Shown: one piece after another, positions 1-9,237 of the stretch
Position numbering within the stretch: position 1 is the stretch's first letter
Layout: the number at the start of each line of letters is the position of its first letter
Assembly (NCBI GenBank): GCA_002328075.1
Contig: DCVT01000044.1
Span: 144,907 to 208,906 of the forward strand
DNA from: Anaerolineales bacterium UBA2181
GTDB taxonomy: Bacteria; Chloroflexota; Anaerolineae; Promineifilales; UBA4811
Direction of reading: 5' to 3'
Length of the DNA stretch: 64,000 bases
Program-made: the position numbers and the translations under genes
The notes under the pieces: generated by a model
Seen by the model: the letters and a program-made list of their open reading frames with translations, nothing else
The model's database searches: none
Told to the model about the DNA's origin: nothing

Positions 1-660
1 CTGAATCGTCGCCGGCTCCCGACCGATCACCTCGGCCGCTTTGACCAGTTCCGTGGAGGCCTGCATCTCGCCCTGCGCGTGGATGATCTTGGCCCGTCGT
101 TCGCGCTCTGCCTCCGCCTGCTTGGCCATCGCTCGTTTCATGGTCTCCGGGAGTTCAACGTCTTTGATCTCCACGATGCTGACCTTGATTCCCCAGGGCT
201 CGGTTTGCTCGTCGATGATCTGCTGAAGCTCACTGTTGATCTTTTCCCGTTGCGCCAGCAACTCATCCAATTCCACCTGACCCAACACACTGCGCAGGCT
301 GGTCTGTGAAATCTGCCAGGTAGCTCGTCGGTAATCTTCCACCCGGATAACCGCGTCCGCTGGGTTCACCACTCGGAAATAGGCTACCGCATTCACCTTA
401 ACCGTGACGTTGTCCTTGGTTATGGCCTCCTGCGCCGGGATATCCAGTGTAACCACCCGCAGGTCAACCTTGATCATCTTGTCGACGATGGGGATGATAA
501 AGAACAAACCCGGTCCTTTCGCGCCCACCAGGCGCCCCAGCCGGAGAATGACACCGCGCTCCCACTCGTTGACAATCTTGACCGCCGACCAGAGGATAGA
601 CAATACGAAGAGACCAACAAAACAGATCAACGGAAGTACCGAACCGAAAATGTCGCCCAT
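1..660 (-). CDS. SPFH/band-7 (stomatin-like) membrane protein; C-terminus runs off the window
   Basis: Not in the ORF track because it has no stop inside the window. The reverse strand from ATG at 660 (GGAGGA 5 nt upstream) reads 220 open codons: [98 protein letters not shown]...[19 protein letters not shown]. This gives one N-terminal TM helix plus a canonical SPFH core and a charged coiled-coil tail. Confidence 0.9.
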   Translation of the reverse strand, partial: MGDIFGSVLPLICFVGLFVLSILWSAVKIVNEWERGVILRLGRLVGAKGPGLFFIIPIVDKMIKVDLRVVTLDIPAQEAITKDNVTVKVNAVAYFRVVNPADAVIRVEDYRRATWQISQTSLRSVLGQVELDELLAQREKINSELQQIIDEQTEPWGIKVSIVEIKDVELPETMKRAMAKQAEAERERRAKIIHAQGEMQASTELVKAAEVIGREPATIQ

Positions 661-714
661 CACCGTCCTCCTTGCTAGGCTAACCGAACTCCAACCCGCA
701 TTATAACATGGCTA

Positions 715-2181
715 CTAGGCCGGGTCAACGACCGAGGTCGCCAACAGCCGTGCCGTTGCCGCTGACATCCCCACCAGGAGCCAGAAAATGGTCACCGAGT
801 GGTGGAAATCCAGATTAAAGAGAAAATGGTCAAAAATCCCGCCCACCAGGCCAGCACTCACGGCCGCATACAGTCCCAGCCATAGAGCTTCATGGCCGGG
901 GTCACTGCGGGCAGCCTCCCGAACACGCCACCCGGCGGCGAACAGCGTGGCGACAACCGCGACAAAGGCCGCCAAACCCAATATCCCCATCTCACCGCCG
1001 ATGGTCAGGTATACCATGGCAACCCCCAGGTAGAGGTCGATGTCGGGCGATCCGGCAAACCCGACTCCAAAGAGCGGGTAGCGAGCCATCAGCTTGAGCG
1101 CGTCCGTGTATTCGCCGATCCGCATCTGGGTGGCCAGGTCCTGCAGTTGCAGCCCCTCACCAAAGTGCAGGACATATTCGCGAGTCCAGGGCAACAGAAT
1201 GATCAGGACCCCCGCGGCCACCATTACCAGCAACAGCCTGGGATAACGCACAACCGCGATCAGCGTCAATCCCGCCGCAGCTGCCGCCATAGAGCCCCGC
1301 GAGAAGGTGAGCAACAGGCAGAGGCCCAGGCCGCCCACGATCACGATCACCAACCAACGCGGAAGCAGCGGCCGGGGAATGAACACCTGGGGAACAATCA
1401 GCGCGGTTGCCATGGCGAGCAGACCACCCAAGACATTGGGATCGACACTGGTGCTGATTGCCCGTTCGGCCAATTCCGGGTTGTCTTCGATGTAGCGAAT
1501 CACCATGCCCGCCGGATACCCAATCACACTCAACCTGGAAAGCAGTCGGTTGGTGAGTTCGTCGGGCAGAGCGTATAGCGCAATCCCCAACAGCGCAGCG
1601 GCGCCGGCGGCCAGTACCAGCCCTTGCACCAGCCCTTCCAGGCGCCTCCAATCCCGACAGTAATCCACCACCACCATCGCAAAGCCGACACTCAGCAACA
1701 TTTCGGCAAAGTGACGCAAGAGGTATGAGGTCAGCGCCCCATGCTGCAAACCCAGAATGAATGCGAACACGGCTACCAGCAAAAAGGCCAGCAACGGTAA
1801 CGTGATGGGCGAGGTGACAATGTCCCGCTGCCGCCCGGTGGCGATTCTTAACGCCCACACGCCCACCACTGCTGCCAAGGCCGCGTCCAGAAACGTTGGG
1901 GTGATGCCAATGTCCACTGGAAAGGCGGCAAAGGGAAGCAGGCTGACAATCCCAATCAAACCCAGGAAGCCGATCTGTAGATCGCGCAGGACCAGCAACC
2001 CAGCCAGGGTTGCCGCTGCCAGTGCGGCAGCGACCAGCGGTCCGCCAAGAGCTACAATGGCCCCTCCGAGAGCAGCCGCCAATGCACACGCCACAGCCAG
2101 CGTACCCGCAACAACCCAGGGATTCCCGGAGAACAAGGCTCGGTCCAAACGCCGGTCGAACATGTGCCTAGTGTAGCACAT
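715..2181 (-). CDS. O-antigen ligase/polymerase-like (Wzy_C-type) polytopic membrane protein
   Basis: 488-aa ORF with about 10-12 hydrophobic helices. It has the characteristic loop LLLTFSRGSMAAAAAGLTLIAV followed by RIGEYTDALKLMARYPLFGVGFAG, as in WaaL/Wzy_C family proteins. The start could instead be the internal Met (MFDRR). Confidence 0.7.
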   Translation of the reverse strand: MCYTRHMFDRRLDRALFSGNPWVVAGTLAVACALAAALGGAIVALGGPLVAAALAAATLAGLLVLRDLQIGFLGLIGIVSLLPFAAFPVDIGITPTFLDAALAAVVGVWALRIATGRQRDIVTSPITLPLLAFLLVAVFAFILGLQHGALTSYLLRHFAEMLLSVGFAMVVVDYCRDWRRLEGLVQGLVLAAGAAALLGIALYALPDELTNRLLSRLSVIGYPAGMVIRYIEDNPELAERAISTSVDPNVLGGLLAMATALIVPQVFIPRPLLPRWLVIVIVGGLGLCLLLTFSRGSMAAAAAGLTLIAVVRYPRLLLVMVAAGVLIILLPWTREYVLHFGEGLQLQDLATQMRIGEYTDALKLMARYPLFGVGFAGSPDIDLYLGVAMVYLTIGGEMGILGLAAFVAVVATLFAAGWRVREAARSDPGHEALWLGLYAAVSAGLVGGIFDHFLFNLDFHHSVTIFWLLVGMSAATARLLATSVVDPA

Positions 2182-2273
2182 GCCAGGCCGCGACTCAAAT
2201 CCGGTTGCCCGACGATAACGGTACGGTCGGTGCGCCGATACCGTTTAGCGGGTATTGAGCTATAATCCGACCC

Positions 2274-4283
2274 GTGACTCGGATCATCCACCGTCATCCC
2301 GTTAGGTGCTTGGGTCTGTTGGCGGCAACGGCGGCCTTGGCACTGTATTGGCCCGGCCTTCAGACCTCACTGATCTATGATACGCTGCTTCACATCCGCA
2401 TTGCGTCTGGCCTGGATTTCCTGTCTGTCTGGTTGCCCGCGGAGGAGTTTGGTTTCTACCGGCCGCTCACCTTCCTGCCGTTGATCGCAATTCGTGCACT
2501 CTGTGGCTACTACCCGGCGGTTCTGTTGAACGCGCTCAACATCGGCCAGCATGCACTCAACGCCGGGTTGGTGGTGGCCCTCTCGTGGCGATTGTGGCGG
2601 GATGGACTGCAGGCGCTGGCATCGGGCCTGCTGCTTGCCCTGTATCCGTTCGCGAGTCAGGCGGTTGCAGTGTACGGACACGCAACGCATCCGACAGCGG
2701 CCGGGATAATTCTGCTGGCGCTTCACGCCTTCCTGAACGCCCGGCGGACAGGTCGGTGGATCTGGTGGGTGACCTGTGCTTTGCTGTTCGTATTCGGTCT
2801 TCTGAGCCACGAGGCCGTGGTACTGCTGGGACCACTGGCTGCGCTGGTGCAATGGAATGCAGCCGCTACACCAGACCGGTCCACGGCAAGACAACCCGGG
2901 GATCTCCAGTCGCGTCGGGCTGACCATCCGTGGAGGCAGGCGTTACCCTGGGCGCTGCTGACGGTGTCAGGGTTTGTCTATGTGCTGCTGTACCAAACCT
3001 TCCCGCTCACCCGGGCTCCCGAGTCGGCTGGAGACGCCGGTTGGTGGCTGCGAGCGCTCTACCTGATGCAAGGCGCTGCTCACCCGTTGGCCTGGCTGGG
3101 TCGCAGGCTCCCCGGAGTCAGTTCTGAGGCGGCGGTGACGGGAGGCGTTGTCGCGATGGTGGCACTCACCGTCTGGGCAGGTCGCCGTCGGTCGCTGCAA
3201 AGGCCGCTCCTGCTGGGCTGGGGGTGGTGGGGTGCAGCTTCGCTGCTAGTTGCGCTCCCGCTATCGACCGACTATCTGCTGCATGGGCCGCGCCTGTTGT
3301 ACTTGGGTGGCGTCGGAGTGTGCCTGTTGTGGCCGCTGCTGCTTCATCCGTTGCGCCGTGTGGCGGCCGGATTACCCTGGATGCTCATCCTCGGCTTTGT
3401 GCTGCTAACAGGCGGCGTTTTTGTGCACCGCCAGCTGGGGCTATACGGGGAATTGACCGAACCGGTCAAACGCATGCAGCACGTTATGGCAGGGCAACCC
3501 GACGATGAGGGTGTCCTGCTGGTGAACCTGCCCGCCTGGTTATCCCCAACACAGAATACGTATCCGGTGGGTTCGGAGCATGTAGCCATGTTGGGATATC
3601 ACCTGTTTGTGGAGGAGTTGGTGGCGCACAACCTCCGGGGGGATCGGCCGACGCTGGCGATCCAGCTGCCCGAGGTGCTGACCGACCCCGGTTTTCCGCT
3701 TCAGGTGATTGGTGAAACGGACCTCAGTAGACCGATTTCCGCCGCCTGGGCAGCGGCCGGCAGCCAGGTACTTGTCGTCACGTACTCGAGCGATGCGGTC
3801 ACCACTCGGCACGCCGGAGCTCTCAGTCGGACCGGGGAAGAAACAGCGCTTCAGGCCCAGTTGGGCCCCTGGCAGTTGATTTCGACGCTGGCAACAGCGT
3901 GCGGCGAGGCGGTGGAGCTGGAAACTAGCTGGCGCTGGGACACCGGGAGCTCTCCGGCACCCACGTTTTCGCTTTCGGTGCAGATTTTATCTGAGGACGG
4001 CCGGTTGGTGGGGCAGGCCGACGGGCCGCCGCTGGGTCTGAGAGCCAATCTGGTGGATCTGGAGCCGGGCTGGCAAGCCCAGGACCGTCGCCAGGTGCCT
4101 CTGCTCGCGGGGGAGCTGCCAAGCCACCTGTATTTGGGCGCCTACGATTTTGCCTCTGGCAACCGCCTACCGGGCTACGGCCCCGATGGGACCCCATTGG
4201 CAGATGCCGTGCTGGTGGTACCGATTCACACGGACAGTGCTCATTGCACGGCGGGCCAAGTCACCGGCAACAGGATGCAGTGA
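2274..4283 (+). CDS. GT-C-fold membrane glycosyltransferase (third class, FYRPLT/TMTC-like) with one C-terminal ~90-aa module
   Basis: 669-aa ORF with a GTG start. The N-terminal ~400 aa are polytopic, with IYDTLLHI...EEFGFYRPLTFLPL...NIGQHALNAGLVV (the pattern I recall from TMTC/DUF1736-type PMT_2 relatives). The C-terminus VELETSWRWD...FSLSVQILSEDGRLVGQADGPPLG...LYLGAYDFASGNRLP matches the module repeated in the neighbouring genes. Confidence 0.7.
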   Translation: MTRIIHRHPVRCLGLLAATAALALYWPGLQTSLIYDTLLHIRIASGLDFLSVWLPAEEFGFYRPLTFLPLIAIRALCGYYPAVLLNALNIGQHALNAGLVVALSWRLWRDGLQALASGLLLALYPFASQAVAVYGHATHPTAAGIILLALHAFLNARRTGRWIWWVTCALLFVFGLLSHEAVVLLGPLAALVQWNAAATPDRSTARQPGDLQSRRADHPWRQALPWALLTVSGFVYVLLYQTFPLTRAPESAGDAGWWLRALYLMQGAAHPLAWLGRRLPGVSSEAAVTGGVVAMVALTVWAGRRRSLQRPLLLGWGWWGAASLLVALPLSTDYLLHGPRLLYLGGVGVCLLWPLLLHPLRRVAAGLPWMLILGFVLLTGGVFVHRQLGLYGELTEPVKRMQHVMAGQPDDEGVLLVNLPAWLSPTQNTYPVGSEHVAMLGYHLFVEELVAHNLRGDRPTLAIQLPEVLTDPGFPLQVIGETDLSRPISAAWAAAGSQVLVVTYSSDAVTTRHAGALSRTGEETALQAQLGPWQLISTLATACGEAVELETSWRWDTGSSPAPTFSLSVQILSEDGRLVGQADGPPLGLRANLVDLEPGWQAQDRRQVPLLAGELPSHLYLGAYDFASGNRLPGYGPDGTPLADAVLVVPIHTDSAHCTAGQVTGNRMQ

Positions 4284-6508
4284 TCGGACTGGGGAACCCC
4301 GGCCGAGTCCCATACAGGTAACCGCTGCCCGCTCTCCAACCCGTACAGTCCTATCGCCACTTGATATAGGCCGGGTTGGATACCGGGTGGAACCTCTACG
4401 CGGTGGAGGTCTACAATCGTTTCACCCGGTTCCCAGAAGGTGGTAGGATAATCGCCGTTGGCCGGCGGCCCATCTCCCTCGCCAATCGGTTTGCCGTCGC
4501 CGTCCAACAGGTGAACAAACACCATCAGGTCGTCTTTTGTCTCGGCGACGGGTTCCCAAAACAACGTCAGATCCAGATAGCTTCCCTGCCCGGCAACCGC
4601 ATAACCCGCCAACCGGGCCAGGTCGCCCACTGAGAATTGGACCGGGTTGGGGATGGCGACCGAACGGCCGGGAAGTGCGGTTAGCTTGACCCGGCTGGCA
4701 ATCAGCAGATCGACGGGGTTTCCCTCGGGCGAGATCGGAATCAACGACTGATCGGTCCCCGGGTCGAATACGCCCACCGCCACACGTCCAGCGATGGGCG
4801 CGTAGGCGTCGCGGCTCACCCGAAGCCATTCCGACGCTGCCACTACTTGACCAACCGGCCACAGACTGGCCGGGAACGAGCCCGAACCCGGGTAACCGGT
4901 TTCCTTGGCGACCGGTTCGTAACCGACCCCCAACAGGTGATGGAAAAAGAACCAGTCCCGTGGAAGCGGGGCCAATGCTTCCCAATAACACGTGATCTGG
5001 AGGGTGTCACCGGGTCTTGACTGCTGTGGATCGGTCAGGCATCCGTATAGCACGAGACGATCGTCGTAGGTGACGTTGAGGCGGTTCAGGTCGATCGGAA
5101 TCGCATCCCGCTCCAAAAGCTCCGGCAGGGCATACGCTGGGGCTATGATCCAACCCGGGACTGCCGCCGAGAGCATCATCAACCCGCCGGCAATCGCCAA
5201 GGGGACCAAGTCGCGGACCTGCGGCCATCGTTGCGGCGCAAGCTGGCTCCAACCCAGAGCCAACCCCAGGACGACCGCTGAAATCGCGGGAAAGAGCAAC
5301 CTCCCCTGCGAGGAGGCGATAACCAGCGTCCATCGCGCCAAAAAGATGGCAATCATGCTCAGCCAAAGGACGGGCAACGCCGCCGCCGGCTGGATTTTGG
5401 GCCGACAGAAGACGACCCGGGTTACGAGCCCGGCCAGCGCCAGTCCGGTCAACACGTCCAGAAGCGCATAGATCCACTGGGGCATCAGTATCCCGAACCA
5501 GCCAAACAGGCCCCAGAATGATGCCCGGAGGCCGACCAGTTCCCCAAGCACCGATGCCAGTGTGAAGGGAAACGAGGTACGCGGATTACCCAGGGCATCC
5601 AGCATTGGCTTTGTTGCCGTCCAGTCACCATACAGCGTCAGGTTGCGCCAATACCACCAGCCGGCGACGGCCCCTGCCACCACTACGGCAATAGCCAGTC
5701 CCGCCAGCGGACGTCTACTCCGTTGTTGCCAGCCTAGACGGGTCAGGGCCAGGACGGCTAGGCCCACCAAAGCCAGGCCACTATGTTTTGCCAGGCTGGC
5801 CAACCCCAGGGTAAGGCCAAGCCACAGATACGGCACCCAACCCGTGCTGTGAAACCGGCTATTTTCGGACTCGGGTCGCCCCGCGAGCAGGGTAACCAAC
5901 TGGAGCAACACACACGACGCCAGGAGGGTGATGAGGCTGTCGTTGCTGACGGAACTGCCGATAAAGAGATACTGGGGGATAAACGCCTGGACCGCTGCCG
6001 CCCCGGAGGCCAATAACGGACGTTCGGGAATGAGGATCCGCACCAGGCGAAACGTGACCCAGACCGCGCCGGCGCCGAATACCAGCGACAGGCACCGAGC
6101 CACGTAGACTGCCAGCGCCGCGCCGTGAAACGGCCAGGACTCAAGATCGGTGTGCACCACCGCGTTCTTGTTACCGGGTTCGCCCGGATTTCCCAGGTTA
6201 CGTTGCGGGTTTAGCCACAACAACTCACTCGCATTCGAGGTGTCGACCCACGAAACGGCTGCCGCCGCCAGCAAGTAGTAGAGCGGCGGTTGACTGGCCT
6301 CCTGTTCCCAAAACGCATCATCGGCGCCGCCATGGATAGGCAAAGCGCGCTCATCCAGCACGTGCTGAATGAAATAGTAGTGCATGTATTCGTCGGGCTT
6401 TTCAAAGAGCGGCACCCTGACCGCATAAAGGACGCCCAGCACCAGAAAGGCCACCAGGGTCAGCGCCAGTATACGGTGGGCAGTGCGGGTCAAAGATGCC
6501 TCGATCAT
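4241..6508 (-). CDS. GT-C-fold membrane glycosyltransferase, class A paralog 1 (two C-terminal modules)
   Basis: The ORF track gives 4241..6529. I prefer ATG at 6508, which forms an ATGA overlap with the upstream stop (6505-6507). First-loop motif LFEKPDEYMHYYFIQH and QEASQPPLYY; about 430 aa polytopic; two C-terminal modules (LQITCYWEAL...; LDLTLFWEPV..VFVHLLDGDGKPIGEGDGPP..YPTTFWEPGE..GLYQVAIGLYG). Confidence 0.75.
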   Translation of the reverse strand: MIEASLTRTAHRILALTLVAFLVLGVLYAVRVPLFEKPDEYMHYYFIQHVLDERALPIHGGADDAFWEQEASQPPLYYLLAAAAVSWVDTSNASELLWLNPQRNLGNPGEPGNKNAVVHTDLESWPFHGAALAVYVARCLSLVFGAGAVWVTFRLVRILIPERPLLASGAAAVQAFIPQYLFIGSSVSNDSLITLLASCVLLQLVTLLAGRPESENSRFHSTGWVPYLWLGLTLGLASLAKHSGLALVGLAVLALTRLGWQQRSRRPLAGLAIAVVVAGAVAGWWYWRNLTLYGDWTATKPMLDALGNPRTSFPFTLASVLGELVGLRASFWGLFGWFGILMPQWIYALLDVLTGLALAGLVTRVVFCRPKIQPAAALPVLWLSMIAIFLARWTLVIASSQGRLLFPAISAVVLGLALGWSQLAPQRWPQVRDLVPLAIAGGLMMLSAAVPGWIIAPAYALPELLERDAIPIDLNRLNVTYDDRLVLYGCLTDPQQSRPGDTLQITCYWEALAPLPRDWFFFHHLLGVGYEPVAKETGYPGSGSFPASLWPVGQVVAASEWLRVSRDAYAPIAGRVAVGVFDPGTDQSLIPISPEGNPVDLLIASRVKLTALPGRSVAIPNPVQFSVGDLARLAGYAVAGQGSYLDLTLFWEPVAETKDDLMVFVHLLDGDGKPIGEGDGPPANGDYPTTFWEPGETIVDLHRVEVPPGIQPGLYQVAIGLYGLESGQRLPVWDSAGVPQSDHCILLPVTWPAVQ

Positions 6509-9237
6509 GGTTCCAGCCGTAGTACCCAAACCTGAATCTGGTCATCCGGTTGCCTGACACCCTCCTGAAAGGCGGGCAGCCGACCCTGGGCCGAATATAG
6601 ACCTGTCAACAGCCGGTACTCGCCCGGCGGCAAGTCAGCTGGGAGCGGGACGGTATGGGTGTCAATTATGATTTCGCCTGGTCGCCAGGTCGGCGTGGGG
6701 CGGTCACCTTTTGCTGGCGTGTCATCGCCCTGGCTCACGATCTGGCCTGCCTGGTCGGTAAGGTGGACCAGTACCCGGTAGTGGGTAGTGGTAGTACTCG
6801 ATACCCGCCAATAAAGGATCAGCGACAGCTCTTGAGCCGACGCCACGAGATCGTAACCCTCAACCTCGGCCAGCGGTTGTTCGCCCAGCGTCGCATGAAG
6901 CGGATGCTGCACTGGCGGCAACTGACTGAGGAAAGGCCATTCGGTCACTTTTATCTGGCCCAACGTCAATGACGTTCGCCCCCACGGCCAGTCTCCGAGC
7001 CGGATAGGCGTTTCGCGGCCGGTCTGTGGCTCAAGGAGCGCGATGCGGACGGTATACTGCCCGGCTGCCGTTTGGGCAGGAATCAGGACGCTGGTCTTGC
7101 CCAGCAAGACCTCCCCCGCGCGCCAGCTGCTGGAAGGATAATCGGCTCGGGTCGGCGACGAGATGCGCTCTGCGACCACCTGTCCTAGCGAGTCCATCAA
7201 TTGCAGCTGCAGCCGGAGATCGGAAGTGGGACGTCGGTGCACCCGCCAGGTTGTCTCCAGCGGGAGCGGATGGCCGGGGCGGTACTCAGCTTGAGGCCAC
7301 TGGTAGGTCAGGAGACCGACCGCACTGCCGAGCAGTGCGTCGCGTTTGGGCGTCACTCCCACACCGGACTGGATGTCAAGCTCAGGCAGAAGCACAATGT
7401 AATCCTGGCCCTCGGCGGTGCGCAGTGGCTGTCGGTCCAAGGCGCGCAACAGCCGAAGCGAGACCTGGTATTGACCAGGTGGCAGACCTTCGGGCAGCAT
7501 GACCTCCTGGTCGTGGCGCATCAACACGCCAGGAGCCCAACCCGACGGCGGGTACAGAGTCCAGAACGGTGGTTCGATCTCCATCCAGGGGTTGCCCTCA
7601 GAATCGGCCAGCCGCAGCGAGATGAGTAGCTCGCCAACGTCTGGTTGCAGACACGTCCAATACAGAACTAACCACCACGGTTCGCCCGGCCGGGCACTGG
7701 TCACAATGTCGTGCCCTTCCAAAAGCAAGTTACCCTCCCATTGGATTGATAGCGGAACAGCCCCCTCCGGTAAGGACTCGACCGCTGGCTGCGGCAGGAA
7801 GGCTTCCAGTCGGATATTGTGCCAGAGCCAGTCAAACTGCCGGATGTGGAGGCAGGGCCAATGCTCACGTGCCCATTCCACCAATAACTGGCGCGGAAAA
7901 CCCGTGCGGGGTTCGGGCATCACCAAAAACCAGACCCGGCCCGTGATTTGGCGACCCAACTCATCCAACTGGTGTGTGGCAGCCTCAGGATCCGATTCGC
8001 CATACTGGGGGATTGCGAGCCAGGGTGCGTCCCCGTTGTAGTAATGCTCAAACGCAAACCCAATCAGCGAGTCGTGCAGGACCACCACGTCCTCCGCCAG
8101 AGCCACCTGGTTCAGATAATGCGCCGCGCTCTTGATGTCATCTTTGATTAGATCCGTTGAATACGTCTGTACCGCCAGTCCGTGAACCTGGCTGAGCATC
8201 ACGCTTGCCCAAAGGACGAGGGAGATCCACCGGAAACGTGCCGACGTCCATGCCGGGGCAGCGGAGATCAGAATCACGAAAGGAGGCAATCCCATCAGGA
8301 GATGGCGCGGCCCGTTGTACAGCGGATTAAAGGCGGAAAGGACAATCAGCAGGCCAATTGGGATAGCTTGCCAGGACAGCAGGAGACCGGCGACTGTCCG
8401 GTTCCTTCGCCATGCCAGAACCAGACCCGTCGCAGCCAGCACAAGCGCGGGCAGCACCCGCCACCAGGGCTGAATGACCAGGGGAACAAAGCCAGCGCTG
8501 TAGACACTGGCCGCGTGAGCCAGGACGTGATGCCAGGGTACCGGAACGTAATCTACCTGCCTTCCCGCTAAAAATCGGCCAGCCGCACTGAGAAGGATCG
8601 GCAATGCCGCCAGGGCAGATCCGATCAGTGCCCACCACAACCACCGACGCCGGCGGTAAAGCCAGATCAGGCAGACCGCGCCGAAGGCCAGCACAAAAAA
8701 ACCAAAATAGTGGGTGTATGCGCCCGCCACCCCGGCCGCTGCCCACAACACCAACCACCGCGCGCGATTCTTCTGCAGCACAAACCGAAATAGCCCATAG
8801 GCGGATAAAAGGTTGATCAAAAGGAGCAGGCTATAGTTTCGCATCTCCTGGCAGTGCCACACGTGGAGGGGTGAAACTGCGAGCACCACGGCTCCGGCCA
8901 GACCCGCCTTCCGTCCAAGACCAGTTGCACCCACTGCGAACAGCAGCGGCACCGAAAGCACACCGGCCATCACCCCCAATAAGCGCATCGCCCAAACTGA
9001 ATCATCGACCAGGCTGCGCCAACCGTGAAGGAGCAGGAAATAGAGTGGGGGATTGGTGTCCCTCGTCACCACTCCGTCCACCACGATCGTGTTGCGCATG
9101 ATCTCGATCGGGCCCTGAGCCGCGCGATACATCGTGAGACCTTCGTCGCTCCACAGCGATTGAACATCGAGCCGGTGTATACGGACAGCAAGAGCCAGAA
9201 AAACAAACAGCAACAGAACTGGCCGGTGCCGCTTCAC
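6505..9237 (-). CDS. GT-C-fold (PMT_2/ArnT-like) membrane glycosyltransferase, class B paralog 1 (three C-terminal modules)
   Basis: 910 aa, GTG start forming GTGA with the upstream stop. N-terminus MKRHRPVLLLFVFLALAVRIHRLDVQSLWSDEGLTMYRA has the DE motif in the first extracytoplasmic loop, typical of GT39/GT83-type enzymes. Three C-terminal modules, for example LSLILYWRVS..YRVLVHLTDQAGQIVSQGDDTPAKGDRPTPTWRPGE..GEYRLLTGLYS. Confidence 0.8.
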   Translation of the reverse strand: MKRHRPVLLLFVFLALAVRIHRLDVQSLWSDEGLTMYRAAQGPIEIMRNTIVVDGVVTRDTNPPLYFLLLHGWRSLVDDSVWAMRLLGVMAGVLSVPLLFAVGATGLGRKAGLAGAVVLAVSPLHVWHCQEMRNYSLLLLINLLSAYGLFRFVLQKNRARWLVLWAAAGVAGAYTHYFGFFVLAFGAVCLIWLYRRRRWLWWALIGSALAALPILLSAAGRFLAGRQVDYVPVPWHHVLAHAASVYSAGFVPLVIQPWWRVLPALVLAATGLVLAWRRNRTVAGLLLSWQAIPIGLLIVLSAFNPLYNGPRHLLMGLPPFVILISAAPAWTSARFRWISLVLWASVMLSQVHGLAVQTYSTDLIKDDIKSAAHYLNQVALAEDVVVLHDSLIGFAFEHYYNGDAPWLAIPQYGESDPEAATHQLDELGRQITGRVWFLVMPEPRTGFPRQLLVEWAREHWPCLHIRQFDWLWHNIRLEAFLPQPAVESLPEGAVPLSIQWEGNLLLEGHDIVTSARPGEPWWLVLYWTCLQPDVGELLISLRLADSEGNPWMEIEPPFWTLYPPSGWAPGVLMRHDQEVMLPEGLPPGQYQVSLRLLRALDRQPLRTAEGQDYIVLLPELDIQSGVGVTPKRDALLGSAVGLLTYQWPQAEYRPGHPLPLETTWRVHRRPTSDLRLQLQLMDSLGQVVAERISSPTRADYPSSSWRAGEVLLGKTSVLIPAQTAAGQYTVRIALLEPQTGRETPIRLGDWPWGRTSLTLGQIKVTEWPFLSQLPPVQHPLHATLGEQPLAEVEGYDLVASAQELSLILYWRVSSTTTTHYRVLVHLTDQAGQIVSQGDDTPAKGDRPTPTWRPGEIIIDTHTVPLPADLPPGEYRLLTGLYSAQGRLPAFQEGVRQPDDQIQVWVLRLEP

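Noticed and set aside
2261-2266. Perfect TATAAT only 7 nt upstream of the GTG start of the 2274..4283 GT-C gene.
   Set aside because: There is no acceptable -35 or extended -10. The geometry would imply a leaderless GTG-initiated mRNA, which is atypical. It is recorded only as a hint that the true start or promoter of this gene is unresolved.
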